Assembly: GCA_012295275.1 (NCBI GenBank)
Contig: CM022678.1
Location: forward strand, 6,882,001-6,946,000
Direction of reading: 5' to 3'
Length of the DNA stretch: 64,000 bases
Origin: Chrysomallon squamiferum
Taxonomy: Eukaryota; Animalia; Mollusca
Below are positions 50,199 through 64,000 of this stretch, in pieces (the first letter of the stretch is position 1; each line of letters begins with the position of its first letter). A program made the translations under genes and the position numbers. The notes beneath the pieces are model-generated. The model was given only the letters and a program-made list of their open reading frames with translations, made no database searches and was not told the DNA's origin.

Positions 50199-50551
50199 AT
50201 GGATGAAAGTGGAAAATGCTGGAAAATAGTAAAAACTTTATGGCTCTTCTGGGCTTTCACCATGCCTGTATGTTTCAACTGTAAATTTAAGTTTTTATCA
50301 TATTAAAACGAAAGATAGACAGACAGACAGAGAGACAGACAGACAGACAGACAGAGACACAGACAGACAGACAGAGAGACAGACAGACAGCTGACTGACT
50401 GGTTGTTGATAGGCTGACTGACTGATTTTAGAAGAGACATCAGTTTCTCTCTTTAGAATTATTTATTTATTTATTGCTTATTATTTAAGTGCTTATTATT
50501 ATTTGATTTTTAGACAGATAGATGGAGACAGAGAGAGAGAGAGAGAGAGAG

Positions 50552-50648
<97 letters not shown>

Positions 50649-53600
50649 TTATGATACAGAGAAAGACGCTCAGAAAGAAAGATATACAGACACAAAAAGA
50701 ATGCGAAGGAAGAAAGGAGATATACACAAACAGGTGTTTATATATATATGTATGTATGTATATGTATATGTATCTGTATGTGTTTTTTTATGTATATATA
50801 TGTGTGTACATGTAGATATCTATATCTATAACTGTACATACACACGATTATTTTAGAAGAGATATCATCAGTTTTTCTGTTTAGAATTATTTTTATATTT
50901 ATTTATTTATTATTTGTGTTTATTTATTTATTTATTTATTTGTTTGTTTATTTATTTGTTTATTATTTATCTATTTATTTATTTATTTATTTATTTATCT
51001 ATTTATTTGTTTGTTTGTTTATTTATTTGTTTATTTATTTATTTATTTATTTTTTGTTTATTTATTTATCTATCTATCTATTTATTTATTTGTTTATTTG
51101 TTTATTTATTCATTTATTTACTTATTTATTTATTTGTTTGTTTATTTGTTTATTTATTTATTTGTTTATTTGTTTGTTTGTTTATTTGTTTATTTACGGG
51201 TGTATTTGTTTGTTTGTTTATTTGTTTATTTACTGGTGTATTTGTTTGTTTATTTACGGGTGTATTTGTTTGTTTATTTACGGGTGTATTTGTTTATTTA
51301 CGGGTGTTTTTGTTTATTTATTTTTGTTTATTTACGGGTGTATTTGTTTGTTTATTTGTTTGTTTGTTTGTTTATTTGGTTATTTGTTTATTTATTTGTT
51401 TATTTGTTTATTTATTTGTTTATTTGTTTGTTTATTTGTTTGTTTATTTGTTTGTTTATTTCAGGGTATAAGCGACGCGGTGCTCGGTCCCACTCTGCTG
51501 GACCTGGAGGTGCTCGTATCGGAAGGAACGGGAAATTTCTCCTTCATCATGCTCGGAACAGGCATCGGCACCGTCGTCGGGTCGTTGGTGGCGTCGCTGT
51601 TCAGCAGCTACGACGTCCACCTACGACTCGGCGTCACGCTGCTGTTCGGCTCAGTCGTCAACGTAGTGCTGCCGCAAGTTGCCAGCTACGCCTACCTCCT
51701 GGTGATGTTCACGTTGCAGGGATTCGCCAAAGGAATAATCGTCGTCTGTGAGTTAATGACGTTGTGAACGTGATAACGATGTCGAATAAGTTTTGCAGAT
51801 TCTAGGGCAATAATACAGAATCAAAGATAACGTGATTTTTAATTATACAGATTCCAGGGCAATTAAGTTTAACTGACATATTTTATTATACAGATTCCAG
51901 TTCTTCTGGTTAATTGTGCGCTAGTCTAGGTCTTATTATACAGATTCCAGGTTGATTGTTAATCATGCAGAATCTAGGCTGACGTGTATCTTATTATACA
52001 GATTCCAGGGCTGATGGTGAATCATACAGAACCTAGGTTTAAATGACATGTTACTGATTATGCAGACTCCAGGGCAATTTTTGCATAATTAAATTTAACG
52101 GTCCGAGCACGAAGACAAAAGTGTAACGTTTAATAACAGCAGGGCCTGTGCGAGATAATTACTTTTCAAATCAGATGCATGTGATTCGTTAGCGCGTTCA
52201 TTTCTATTACTGTTGCTTTTATTTATTTTATTTTTTTTTTTTTATGCCACTGCTAGTACTCTTCTTCTTCTACTTTATTTATTTATTTATTTCCACTCTT
52301 TCTTACATGCTTTACATGCTTTAGTATGTCCTTTAGTATGTCCTTAACGAGTTCATGTCTCTTTATGTGAATGTTTGCGTATTTTTGTTTTAGTATGTGC
52401 ATATGTTTATCAAAAGCGTGTAATTGTGTCTTCAACTCTTTCACTAGCTCCAAATATTCTTTCCTGTAAAGTTAAAAATATATATAAAAATATACTTTCT
52501 TTAGTATATTATAGAGTATTATATTCCATATGCAAGGAAGAAACTCAACATGAAACTGTGCTTTCTATAAAATGACGTACCTATCTTTAATGGTTTAACT
52601 AACATAAACGTGATAGATAAAAATAGCTGAAGACTATTTTCTTAGCTTACTTAATATATTTAGACTGTTGTCAGCATATTTCTACAATAAAACTGTTATG
52701 AACTGTTTATACAATAATGTTATGTTTGTCCATATTCTTAAGAAAGGACAAGATTGTAGCATGGTCTCAGTTTATACAGAAAAGTTTTTTTTTTTTATTA
52801 TGCCTAGGATATATGACGTCTGTGTTTACAAACGAAGCCAAGTTTGAATAAGGATTCAGTAGACATTTAACTATGATTCTAAATCTTCTTAACAAAAAAG
52901 TCAAATAATTGTACACATCTTTTCTCATTTCGTGTTGCAGACATGATTGAACTGTGCAACTCACTGTGGGAGAAAAAAGGAGTTCCTTTCCAGTTCATAC
53001 TCTGCGGATCAATGACCGGGGCCGTGATAGCTCCTCTCCTAACCCAGCCGTTTCTCTGCAACAAGAAACACGTCCACGAAGACCTGTCTTTGAACGGCCT
53101 CATTTCTCACAGTAACAGTTCGCTGAGGTCTGTGACAAACTCCAGTCACCCCGCGTACACAGGTTCAAACAGCACAGAGAACAGATCTTCTTCTAGCGTT
53201 GCGTCATCCAGTAACGTCTGCACGGCCGAAGATTCACGAGTCCAGCTCGCTTACGTGTTGCTAGGATGCGTCACTCTGCCATGCGCAGTGGCCTTCGCTT
53301 ACTACTGGATCAGAAACCGAAATGGCGGTCACCAAAATCCCGTGTCTCCTCCGTACAAGACTTTGGAATCGTCGACAGAGATCGTGCAAAAGAGACTGTA
53401 TTACACCTTCCTGGTGTTTTTATTTTTCTATTTTTTACCAGTGATTGGTAATTTGATTCTCTACGGCACTTTTCTGACGGCGTTCGGAGTTTACGGACCT
53501 CTTCACGTTTCCAAAGACTCCATGGTGATGATGACGTCATTACTGTTTGCGTCATGTCTGATTGGACGGATTTTTAACACAGTGATAACCCCGTGTTGCG

Positions 53601-54016
53601 GGACTTTGAAAATCATCGTAGTGAACAGTCTGGCGCTGTTAGTAACCGGAATACTCCTCATAACCGTGGGACAACAGTTCAAGGTCGTTCTTTGGATTTG
53701 TACAGCGGCTTTTGGTTTCTTTTCTTCTCCACTCGCTGGGGCTGGATTCGCATGGACGGCTGAACAGATTTCTCTTAATCCGTCCGTCCTTTCGTACTGC
53801 GTGTTCAGCTTCAGTGTAGGAAACATGATTCTGCCCTTTCTCGGAGGAATCGTGTTTCACCGCTACGGTCCGACCAGTTATTTTTACCTGGTCGTGTTTA
53901 TGGTCGTGCTTCAGATACTTGTTTTCGTTGTCCTCTTTCTTTTAGCTCGCCGACTTAAACAGACAGAGAGCGCGTTCGTCGTGAAAAGAGAAATCGTTGT
54001 TGAAAGTGAAAATTAA
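50199..54016 (+). CDS. MFS transporter D, MFSD4-like, 475 aa
   Basis: Exons 50199-50267, 51465-51747 and 52941-54016. GT-AG introns, 1428 nt, intact; near-identical to C. Confidence 0.92.
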
Positions 54017-54208
54017 AATGTAATTTTGTAAGTTTTGGATGCATCTAAATATATATTAAATATTGAAATATCAATGAATCTTTATCTAATTTTTGGTTTC
54101 CTTTTTTTTCTTTTTTTTTTTTTTTTCTTTTATTATATTAATATTATTTAGTTTTCTCTTCTTCTTCTTTTGTTCTACTAATTATTGTTGTTATTGTTAT
54201 TATTATTA

Positions 54209-54260
<52 letters not shown>

Positions 54261-54408
54261 GCCGTTGTTGCTGTTGTTGTTGCATCGAGTGCTACTGCTG
54301 CTCTCACATTTCTTTTTGCTGTTAGTATCGTTGTCATAATAGTAACATCATCATCATCATCATCATCATCATTATCTGTTTCGTCATTTCTGTTTTAATT
54401 TTTAGCAT

Positions 54409-54812
54409 AAGCCCCGTATGCAGAGATTTCTACTGAAGGGTGCGTAATCGACAAACAAAATGGCTGGACGTGCTGAGCAGGCCAGGAAGCGTGTTATCTC
54501 CCTTACATCGTTTTATTTTTATTTCTATTTTTAATTTGTTTTATTATTATTTTATACTAGTGTGAAGAATGCAGTAGGTGCGTTATCTGCATTCTGGGAA
54601 GCAAATGGCAAGGGAGATAATGATTCCAGTACGGATTCACGTAAAAGTTAACGTTGAAGCAAACGATATGGGACTCGCCATAATTGAGAAAACATCGTAC
54701 AGTTCATATATACAACTTATTTCATTTTTCTCCCCCACACCTCCGTAGACGGACCACCCCAGACTCTGGAGGCAATGTACGCACCCCTCCCAATCCCTTG
54801 CATACAGACCTG
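54409..54812. mobile_element. Candidate non-autonomous DNA transposon (MITE-like) with imperfect terminal inverted repeats
   Basis: Left end aagccccgtatgcagagatt...agggtgcgta. Reverse complement of the right end is caggtctgtatgcaagggatt...ggggtgcgta. No clear target-site duplication. Confidence 0.5.
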
Positions 54813-55170
<358 letters not shown>

Positions 55171-55343
55171 AGAAGAAGAAGTATAATATTGTTTTTTATA
55201 GTAATAGTAATCGAAACAGTTGTTATTGTAGTAGAAGTAGTCGTAGTGGTAGCAGTAGAAGCAGTGTATGTACCACTTTTCTTGCTGTTCCTGAAATCAA
55301 ACAGAACTGTGTAACGATAGCGAAAATCAGTATTTCTTTCTCC

Positions 55344-55393
<50 letters not shown>

Positions 55394-55397
55394 TATT

Positions 55398-55441
<44 letters not shown>

Positions 55442-55968
55442 TTATTTTAGTTTTAGTTTACCGTCAGTTTAAAAAAAAAATATATATTACTATTGATTTT
55501 GGAAACAGATGTTAGTCAGTACAACACGTGGATACAATATATCATTTTACTAATGATTACGCGTTAGATATGTGACAATGTTCAATTAAAGGATCCATAA
55601 GGTTGATATATTCAAAAGGTGAAAATAACTAATAGTAACAAAAAAACACGACGTAGACAAATGTTAGTCACTCACATTTTTATTTATTTATTTATTTATT
55701 CGCATATTTATTTATTTGTTTATTTATTTATTTATTTATATTGTGTGTAAATTAACATAAAATGTCACTGAGAAACCTCAGACTGTAGCTTGCAAAATCT
55801 TTTTATTATTATTATTTTTGTATTATTACTATACATATCTTTTATCAATAGTATTATTGTCATCATCATCATCATCATCATTATCAGTATCAGTAGTAGT
55901 AGCTGTAGTTGACACGGTTGTTGTAGTAACAGAAATGGCATTAATTATCGGTACAGCAACAAGCACGT

Positions 55969-56003
<35 letters not shown>

Positions 56004-56449
56004 CATATACATACATACATGCATGCATGCACACAGATATACGTACATACGTGATGTGCAGCACGGACCGGAAATGGAATCCGGCCATTGCGTCACGTGA
56101 CTGATTAGTATCGGATCATCTGCCTTCCCGTCGTTCCCCGCCGGGGTTTCGACTCGTCCGTCCAGCAAGAGACAGCGGAGAGTTTTCTTGTCGAAGCTGA
56201 CGGTTTGACATCGAGGACTCAGCTTGCAGCTCGCCGCACAAGAGAACTGAGAAGAGTTGGGAAGATCTTCCAGAACCTTCGCCTCGTTTGACGAGTTGCG
56301 GCTCGAGTTCTTTCGTTTGTTTGGGGCTTACTCTTGAAGACGAGACGCAGAACAGGACAACACATACCAGACTTTTTTAGCTGAAAAAACCCCAATAACA
56401 ACATGGAAATATTATTATAATTATTATTATAATTATTATTATAATTATA

Positions 56450-56500
<51 letters not shown>

Positions 56501-56639
56501 GTCAGAATAATTTATTCAGACTGAAATTCAATGTAATAGACAGAACATTATTAATTATATATAAATATATTTTATAACACATGATCAAGTTATTAGACTA
56601 ATCTACGCTAAAGGTGATTTTATCTTGAATTAAAAAGAA

Positions 56640-56680
<41 letters not shown>

Positions 56681-56963
56681 GTCGCTTCAGCAATCCTATG
56701 AAATAATTTCGAATACTTCCCAAAGCTTAACTGTGAATCTATGAAAGGTTTCAACAGAGCAGATAAAACTGTCAAATAAATATGTGATTAAGATAAGGAC
56801 GTATATTAATAAAATACTGTCTGAATAATATAACCATTGTAAATCACTGTCACGGTAATAATTTATTATATATACGTGAAAGCAAAACCCGGTAACACGG
56901 AAGATACGAGAGAAATAATGGTTATGACGTAATTGGCTTTGAGCTTAAGGGAGATAATTATAA

Positions 56964-57071
<108 letters not shown>

Positions 57072-57554
57072 CAACAATATAGACAACAATAACTTGAACA
57101 ACTAAAACAAGAATAAAAATAGTAGTAATAATAATAATAACAATACAGTGTTCACATAATAGGGATTACGTCATAATTTTCATTACGTAACAAGTCACTT
57201 ATACAACAAATTGTTTCGTCTATCTATGAACTGTATTCTACGTCAGTCGTAATATTAACTAGTAGTAGCTACTGTCCACTTGTATGGCGAAAAAAAATGT
57301 ACAAACTTACTGTCCTCGCATTCGCTTTGTTGCTTTATTCAGCCGAGTGTTTCACACAAAAGCGGAATAACTTATTACAGTCTGGTTTGCATTCAATCGG
57401 TTTATATTAGTATCTGAAATTGATTTAATAAAATGTTTTGTACAAACACATGGTATAAATCTTCTGCAAGAATAAAAATAATAATAATTTCTACTGCTGG
57501 CAATGTTAATACCTATTACTTCTCTTTATTAGATTATTATTACTTTGTGGTGAT

Positions 57555-57897
57555 TGTAGTAGCAGCAGCAGCAGCAATATTAGTAGTAGTAATAGTAGTA
57601 GAGTAGAAGGAGTAGTAAGAGTAGGACTAGTACTAGTAGTAGTGGTAGTAGTAGGAGTACTAGTAAGAGTAGGACTAGTACTAGTAGTAGGAGTAGTAGT
57701 AGTAGTAGTAGTAGTAGTAGGAGTAGTAGGAGTAGTAGGAGTAGGAGTAGTAGTAGGAGTAGTAGTAGGAGTAGTAGTAGTAGTAGTAGTAGGAGTAGGA
57801 GTAGTAGTAAGAGTAGTAGTAGTAGGAAGTAGTAGTAGTAAGAGTAGTAGTAGGAGTAGTAGTAGTAGTAGTAGTAGTAGTAGGAGTAGTAGTAGTA

Positions 57898-57936
<39 letters not shown>

Positions 57937-57951
57937 GAGTAGTAGTAGTAG

Positions 57952-57984
<33 letters not shown>

Positions 57985-58005
57985 GAGTAGTAGTAGTAGT
58001 AGTAG

Positions 58006-58059
<54 letters not shown>

Positions 58060-58296
58060 GGTAGTAGTAGGATTAGTAGTAGTAGTAGTAGGAGTAGTAG
58101 TAGTAGTAGTAGTAGGAGTAGTAGGAGTAGTAGTAGTTAGTAGTAGTAGTAGTAGTAGTAGTAGGAGTAGTAGTAGTAGGAGTAGTAGTAGTAAGAGTAG
58201 TAGTAGGAGTAGTAGTGAGTAGTAGTAGGGTAGTAGTAGTAGTAGTAGGACTAGTAGTAGTAGTAGTAGTAGTAGTAGGAGTAGTAGTAGTAGTAG

Positions 58297-58377
<81 letters not shown>

Positions 58378-58380
58378 GAT

Positions 58381-58418
<38 letters not shown>

Positions 58419-58534
58419 TGTAATAATAGTAGTAGTAGTAATAGTAGTTGTAGTAGTAGTAGTAGTAGTAGGATTAGTAGTAGTAGTAATAGTAGTAGGA
58501 GTAATAGTAGTAGTAGTAGTAGTAGTAGGAGTAG

Positions 58535-58591
<57 letters not shown>

Positions 58592-58603
58592 GAGTAGTAG
58601 GAT

Positions 58604-58635
<32 letters not shown>

Positions 58636-58636
58636 A

Positions 58637-58687
<51 letters not shown>

Positions 58688-58742
58688 ATAGTAGTAGTAG
58701 TAATAGTAGTAGGAGTAATAATAGTAGTAGTAATAGTAGTAG

Positions 58743-58807
<65 letters not shown>

Positions 58808-58960
58808 GTAGTAGCAGTTGTAGTAGTAATAATAGGAGTAGTACTAGTAGTGGTAGTAGTAGTAGGAGGAGTAGAAGTAGTAACAGTAGTATAATCGTGT
58901 TAGTGGTGGTGTAGTGGTAGTAGTAATAGTAACAGTATAGTAGTAGCAATAGTAGTATTA
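57555..58960. repeat. ~1.4 kb degenerate (AGT)n array
   Basis: Directly visible. Confidence 0.95.
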
Positions 58961-59067
58961 CTGATACAACTACAGTCATTGCTTGCTACTACTACTACTA
59001 CTAGTAAATAAAATAATACTATCAGTATCACTACAACAATATGAATAAGACTATGTAAACTTCTGTC

Positions 59068-59100
<33 letters not shown>

Positions 59101-59165
59101 TTACTACTAACAATAATAATAGAAGAAAAAGATGAAAAATAAAATAAGAAAGAAACAACACTACC

Positions 59166-59202
<37 letters not shown>

Positions 59203-59600
59203 ATAGTAGTAGTACTTGTAATAATGAAAAAAAATAATAATAAACAAATAAATAAATAATAAAATAACGAAACAAAAGCAATATTACTACAAGAAAAAGA
59301 ACAATAAGAGAAAAATTATACCACGAATGTCGTGTACTAGGCATACAGCATGTAAATATGTAAAATGTAGGATGGTTAAAATATTCAAGGATACGTTTTT
59401 TTGCTACATTTTAAATAAAAACAATTTCCACGTTTGTTTGCTGGCATTTAAGTAAAAGAGACGCGATGGCGTAATGTGTGGGTAAGATTATTTATTTATA
59501 TGATTGAAAAACAGACACTGCACAAAAACAGACGGACAGACAAACACAAACACACACACATTGATAGTGATGTACATAAATATACACAAATGAACGCACA

Positions 59601-59703
<103 letters not shown>

Positions 59704-59768
59704 CTCTCTCTCTGTCATCATCTGTATATTTTTCTGTCTGTCTGGCTGTCTTTCTCTCTACCTATCTG

Positions 59769-59812
<44 letters not shown>

Positions 59813-59907
59813 TACATATGTACATGCCTATGTGTTTGTGTGTGTCTGTCTATATTATCTATATTATTCTTTATTCATTTAGGTTTTTAATTACTTAATT
59901 CTCTTTA

Positions 59908-59960
<53 letters not shown>

Positions 59961-60356
59961 CTTTTATAATAATAACAGTAACAGTAATGATAATTATATA
60001 TACTACCTTTATAATAATAATAATAATAATAATAGTAATGATGATGATGATAACAATAATAATAAAGAATCGTAGATCCCATTGCAGAAATGATTCAGAG
60101 TGGAACATCAATGCATGTTCTATTAATTGGAATAATTCAGCTTACGTCAACAAAAACAAAAGACACATTGTTATGAACCTGTATTCAGCATGATAAAAAA
60201 CAACACCTGTTACGTTGTTACTGAATTATCAGTGCTGCTAGGTCTTGTAGACTGCAGACAAGTTAATTATTATTTTTTTAAAATACGTTCAAATGTCTTG
60301 GATTTTCTGTGTATGTATGTAAGTATGTATGTAGTAACAGCAGCAGCAGTAGCAGC

Positions 60357-60397
<41 letters not shown>

Positions 60398-60951
60398 CAG
60401 CAGTAGTAGTAGTAGTAATAGAAGTGGTAGTAGTAGTAGAGGTAGTACTAGTAAGAACAACAATAACAGAAACGAGTAATAATAATAACGAAAATAATAA
60501 TAATAATAATGTAGCATTGGTAATAGTAATAGCAGTAAAAGTAGAATTAGTAGTAATAATACAAATTATAATATTAGTAGCAGAAGGAATAGTGATAATA
60601 ATAGTAGTGGTAGTAGTAGTAAAAAATATAATATTAGTAGCAGTAGTAATAGCAATAATACAAGTAGTAGCAGTAAGACTACTAGCAGTGGTGGTACTAC
60701 TACTACTACAACTATTACTACTACTACTACTAATAATAAATGTATATATTACCAGACCTATCGCTAACTTTATTATATTAATTACTGATTATTTTGTATA
60801 TTTTCATTTTTATTCATCTTCTTTTGTGTTTATTTTTCCTTCTTTCTTTCTTTCTGTTTTTTTTTTTCTCTTGTTTCTTTTCGTTTTTCGTTTTTTCTTT
60901 TTCTAACCGCATATTTGTTTTCGTTTGTGCAGCATGATGAAAAGCTGAACG

Positions 60952-61304
60952 ATGGATGAAAGTGGAAAATGCTGGAAAATAGTAAAAACTTTATGGCTCT
61001 TCTGGGCCTTTACTATGCCGGTATGTTTCAACTGTGATTTTGAGTTTTTATTATTATTTGATTTTAGATAGATAGATAGAATAATGTATGCGTTCATTGG
61101 TGTATATTTATGTACATTCCTGTAAATGTGCGCGTGTGTGTGTGTATGCCTGTGTGTGTTTCTGTGCAGTGTGTCCTTTTTAATGATATAAATAAATAAT
61201 CTTACGACATCGTAATATATATATATATATATATATAGTAGAACAGTTAAAATATTTAAGGATACGTTTTTGTTGGTACGATTTGAATAAAAAGAATTTC
61301 CACG

Positions 61305-61382
<78 letters not shown>

Positions 61383-61673
61383 ATAGAGAGATTATGATAC
61401 ACAGAAAGACGCTGAGAAAGAAAGATATACAGACAAAAAGTGTGTGAAGGAGGGAATAAGATATACATGTGTACGTATGTGTGTACATCTATATATCTAT
61501 ATCTATAACTATAACTAGAAGAGATATCAGTTTCTCTGTTTAGAATTATTTTTATATTTATTTATTTATTTGTTTGTTTATTTATTTATTTATCTATTCA
61601 TTTATTTATTTATTTATTTGTTTGTTTGTTTGTTTGTTTATTTATTTATTTATTTGTTTATTTGTTTGTTTGT

Positions 61674-61720
<47 letters not shown>

Positions 61721-64000
61721 TTTGTTTACTTATTTATTTATTTGTTTATTTGTTTGTTTGTTTATTTGTTTGTTTATTTGTTTGTTTATTTGTTTGTTTA
61801 TTTCAGGGTATAAGCGACGCGGTGCTTGGTCCCACTCTGCTGGACCTGGAGGTGCTCGTATCGGAAGGAACGGGAAATTTCTCCTTCATCATGCTCGGAA
61901 CAGGCATCGGCACCGTCGTCGGGTCGTTGGTGGCGTCGCTGTTCAGCAGCTACGACGTCCACCTACGACTCGGCGTCACGCTGCTGTTCGGCTCAGTCGT
62001 CAACGTCGTTCTGCCGCAAGTGGCCAGCTACGCCTACCTCCTGGTGATGTTCACGTTGCAGGGGTTCGCCAAAGGAATAATCGTCGTCTGTGAGTTAATG
62101 ACGTTGTGAACGTGATAACGATGTCGAATATATTATACAGATTCCAGGGCAATTAAGTTTAACTGACATATTTTATTATACATATTCCAGGGCTGATGGT
62201 GAATCATACAGAACCTAGGTTTAAATGACATGTTACCGATTATGCAGACTCCTGGGCAATTTTTGCATAATTAAATTTAACGGTCCGAGCACGAAGACAA
62301 AAGTGTAACGTTCAATAACAGCAGGGCTTTTGCGAGATAATTACTTTTGAAATCAAATGCATGTGTTTCGTTAGCGCGTTCATTTTTATTACTGTTGCTT
62401 TTATTACTATTTTGTTTATGCCATTGCTTGTATTCTTCTTCTTCTTCTTTATTTCTTTATTTGTTTATTTCCACACTTTCTTTTTATATGTTCATCCGTG
62501 CTTTAGTATAGCCTTTATGTTCACGAGTTCGTGTCTCTTTGTATGAATGTTTGCGTATTTTTGTTTTAGTATGTGCATATGTTTATCAAAAGCGTGTAAT
62601 TGTGTCTTCAACTCTTTCACTAGCTTCAAATATTCTTTCCTGTAAAGTTAAAAATATATATAAAAATATACTTTCTTTAGTATATTATAGAGTATTATAT
62701 TCCATATGCAAGGAAGGAACTCAACATGAAACTGTGCTTTCTATAAAATGACGGACCTATCTCTAATGATTTAACCAACATAAACTAGATCTCTAAAAAA
62801 AATTGCAGACTATTTTCTTAACTTACTTACTATATTTAGTCTGTTGTCAGCATATTTGTAAGATCAGCTGCTAGGAAGTGTTTATAATAATAATAATGAT
62901 GTGTTTGTCCGGACCCCATCAAAGGATAGAGTTTTAGCGTGGACTCAGTTTATTCAGAAATGTTTTTGTTATTATGACTAGGATATATGACGTCTATGTT
63001 AATATATTTTAACAAAGGAACCCAAGTTTGAATAAGGATTCAGTAGAAATTTAACTATGATTCCAAATCTTCTTAACAAAAAAAGTCAAATAATTGTAGA
63101 CATTTTTTTCTCATTTCATGTTACAGATTCGATTGAACTGTGCAACTCACTGTGGGAGAAAAAAGGAGTTCCTTTCCAGTTCATTCTCTGCGGAACAATG
63201 GCCGGGGCCGTGATAGGTCCTCTCCTAACCCAGCCGTTTCTCTGCAACAAGAAACACGTCCACGAAGACCTGTCTTTGAACGGCCTCATTTCTCGCAGTA
63301 ACAGTTCGCTGAGGTCTGTGACAAACTCCAGTCACCCCGCGTACACAGGTTCAAACAACACACAGAACAGATCTTCTTCTAGCGTTGCGTCATCCAGCGA
63401 CGTCTGCACGGCCGAAGATTCACGAGTCCAGCTCGCTTACGTGTTGCTAGGATGCATCACTCTGCCATGCGCACTGGCCTTCGCTTACTACTGGATCAGA
63501 AACCGAAATGGCGGTCACCAAAATCCCGTGTCTCCTCCGTACAAGACTTTGGAATCGTCGACAGAGATCGTGCAAAAGAGGTTGTATTACACCTTCCTGG
63601 TGTTTTTATTTTTCTATTTTTTACCAGTGATTGGTAACTTGGTTCTCTACGGCACTTTCCTGACGGCGTTCGGAGTCTACGGACCTCTTCGCGTTTCCAA
63701 AGACTCCATGGTGATGATGACGTCACTGCTGTTTGCGTCGTGTCTGATCGGACGGATCGTTAACACGGTGATAACCCCGTGTTGCGGGACTTTGAAAATC
63801 ATCGTAGTGAACATTCTGGCGCTGTTAGTAACCGGAATACTCCTCATAACCGTGGGACAACAGTTCAAGGTCGTTCTATGGATTTGTACAGCGGCTTTTG
63901 GCTTCTTTTCTTCCCCACTCTCGGGAGCTGGATTCGCGTGGACGGCGGAGCAGATTTCTCTTCATCCGTCCGTCGTCTCGTTCTGCGTGTTCAGCATCAG
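60952..64000 (+). CDS. MFS transporter E, MFSD4-like, 3' end beyond the window
   Basis: Exons 60952-61020, 61807-62089 and 63127->64000. Open frame aligned to C and D as far as TM11. Confidence 0.9.

Overview
Animal genomic DNA: AT-rich, saturated with microsatellites, with GC-rich exons and GT-AG introns. The style suggests a mollusc, possibly a cephalopod, but this is inference only. Bases 1-12 kb are essentially non-coding. Bases 12.7-22.7 kb hold a cluster of tRNA-Lys(UUU) genes in both orientations: 6 intact, 1 with an acceptor mismatch, 2 pseudogenes, plus a relic at 6.8 kb. A class A peptide-receptor-like GPCR lies at 23.8-25.1 kb, with a +1 frame break in intracellular loop 3. Bases 26.7-64 kb hold five paralogous 12-TM MFS transporter genes resembling the MFSD4/NaGLT1 (FucP-related) family. 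I label them A, B and C on the minus strand and D and E on the plus strand; E runs off the window. Exon models were built by hand from splice sites and paralogue alignment. C, D and E are recent inverted and tandem duplicates with substitutions in predicted pore-lining helices. B carries a 1-nt frameshift and a minisatellite made from copies of its own splice acceptor. Most ORFs in the supplied track are microsatellite or shadow-frame artefacts. The most system-like signal is the diversifying transporter array. No database search was possible, so novelty is unverified.
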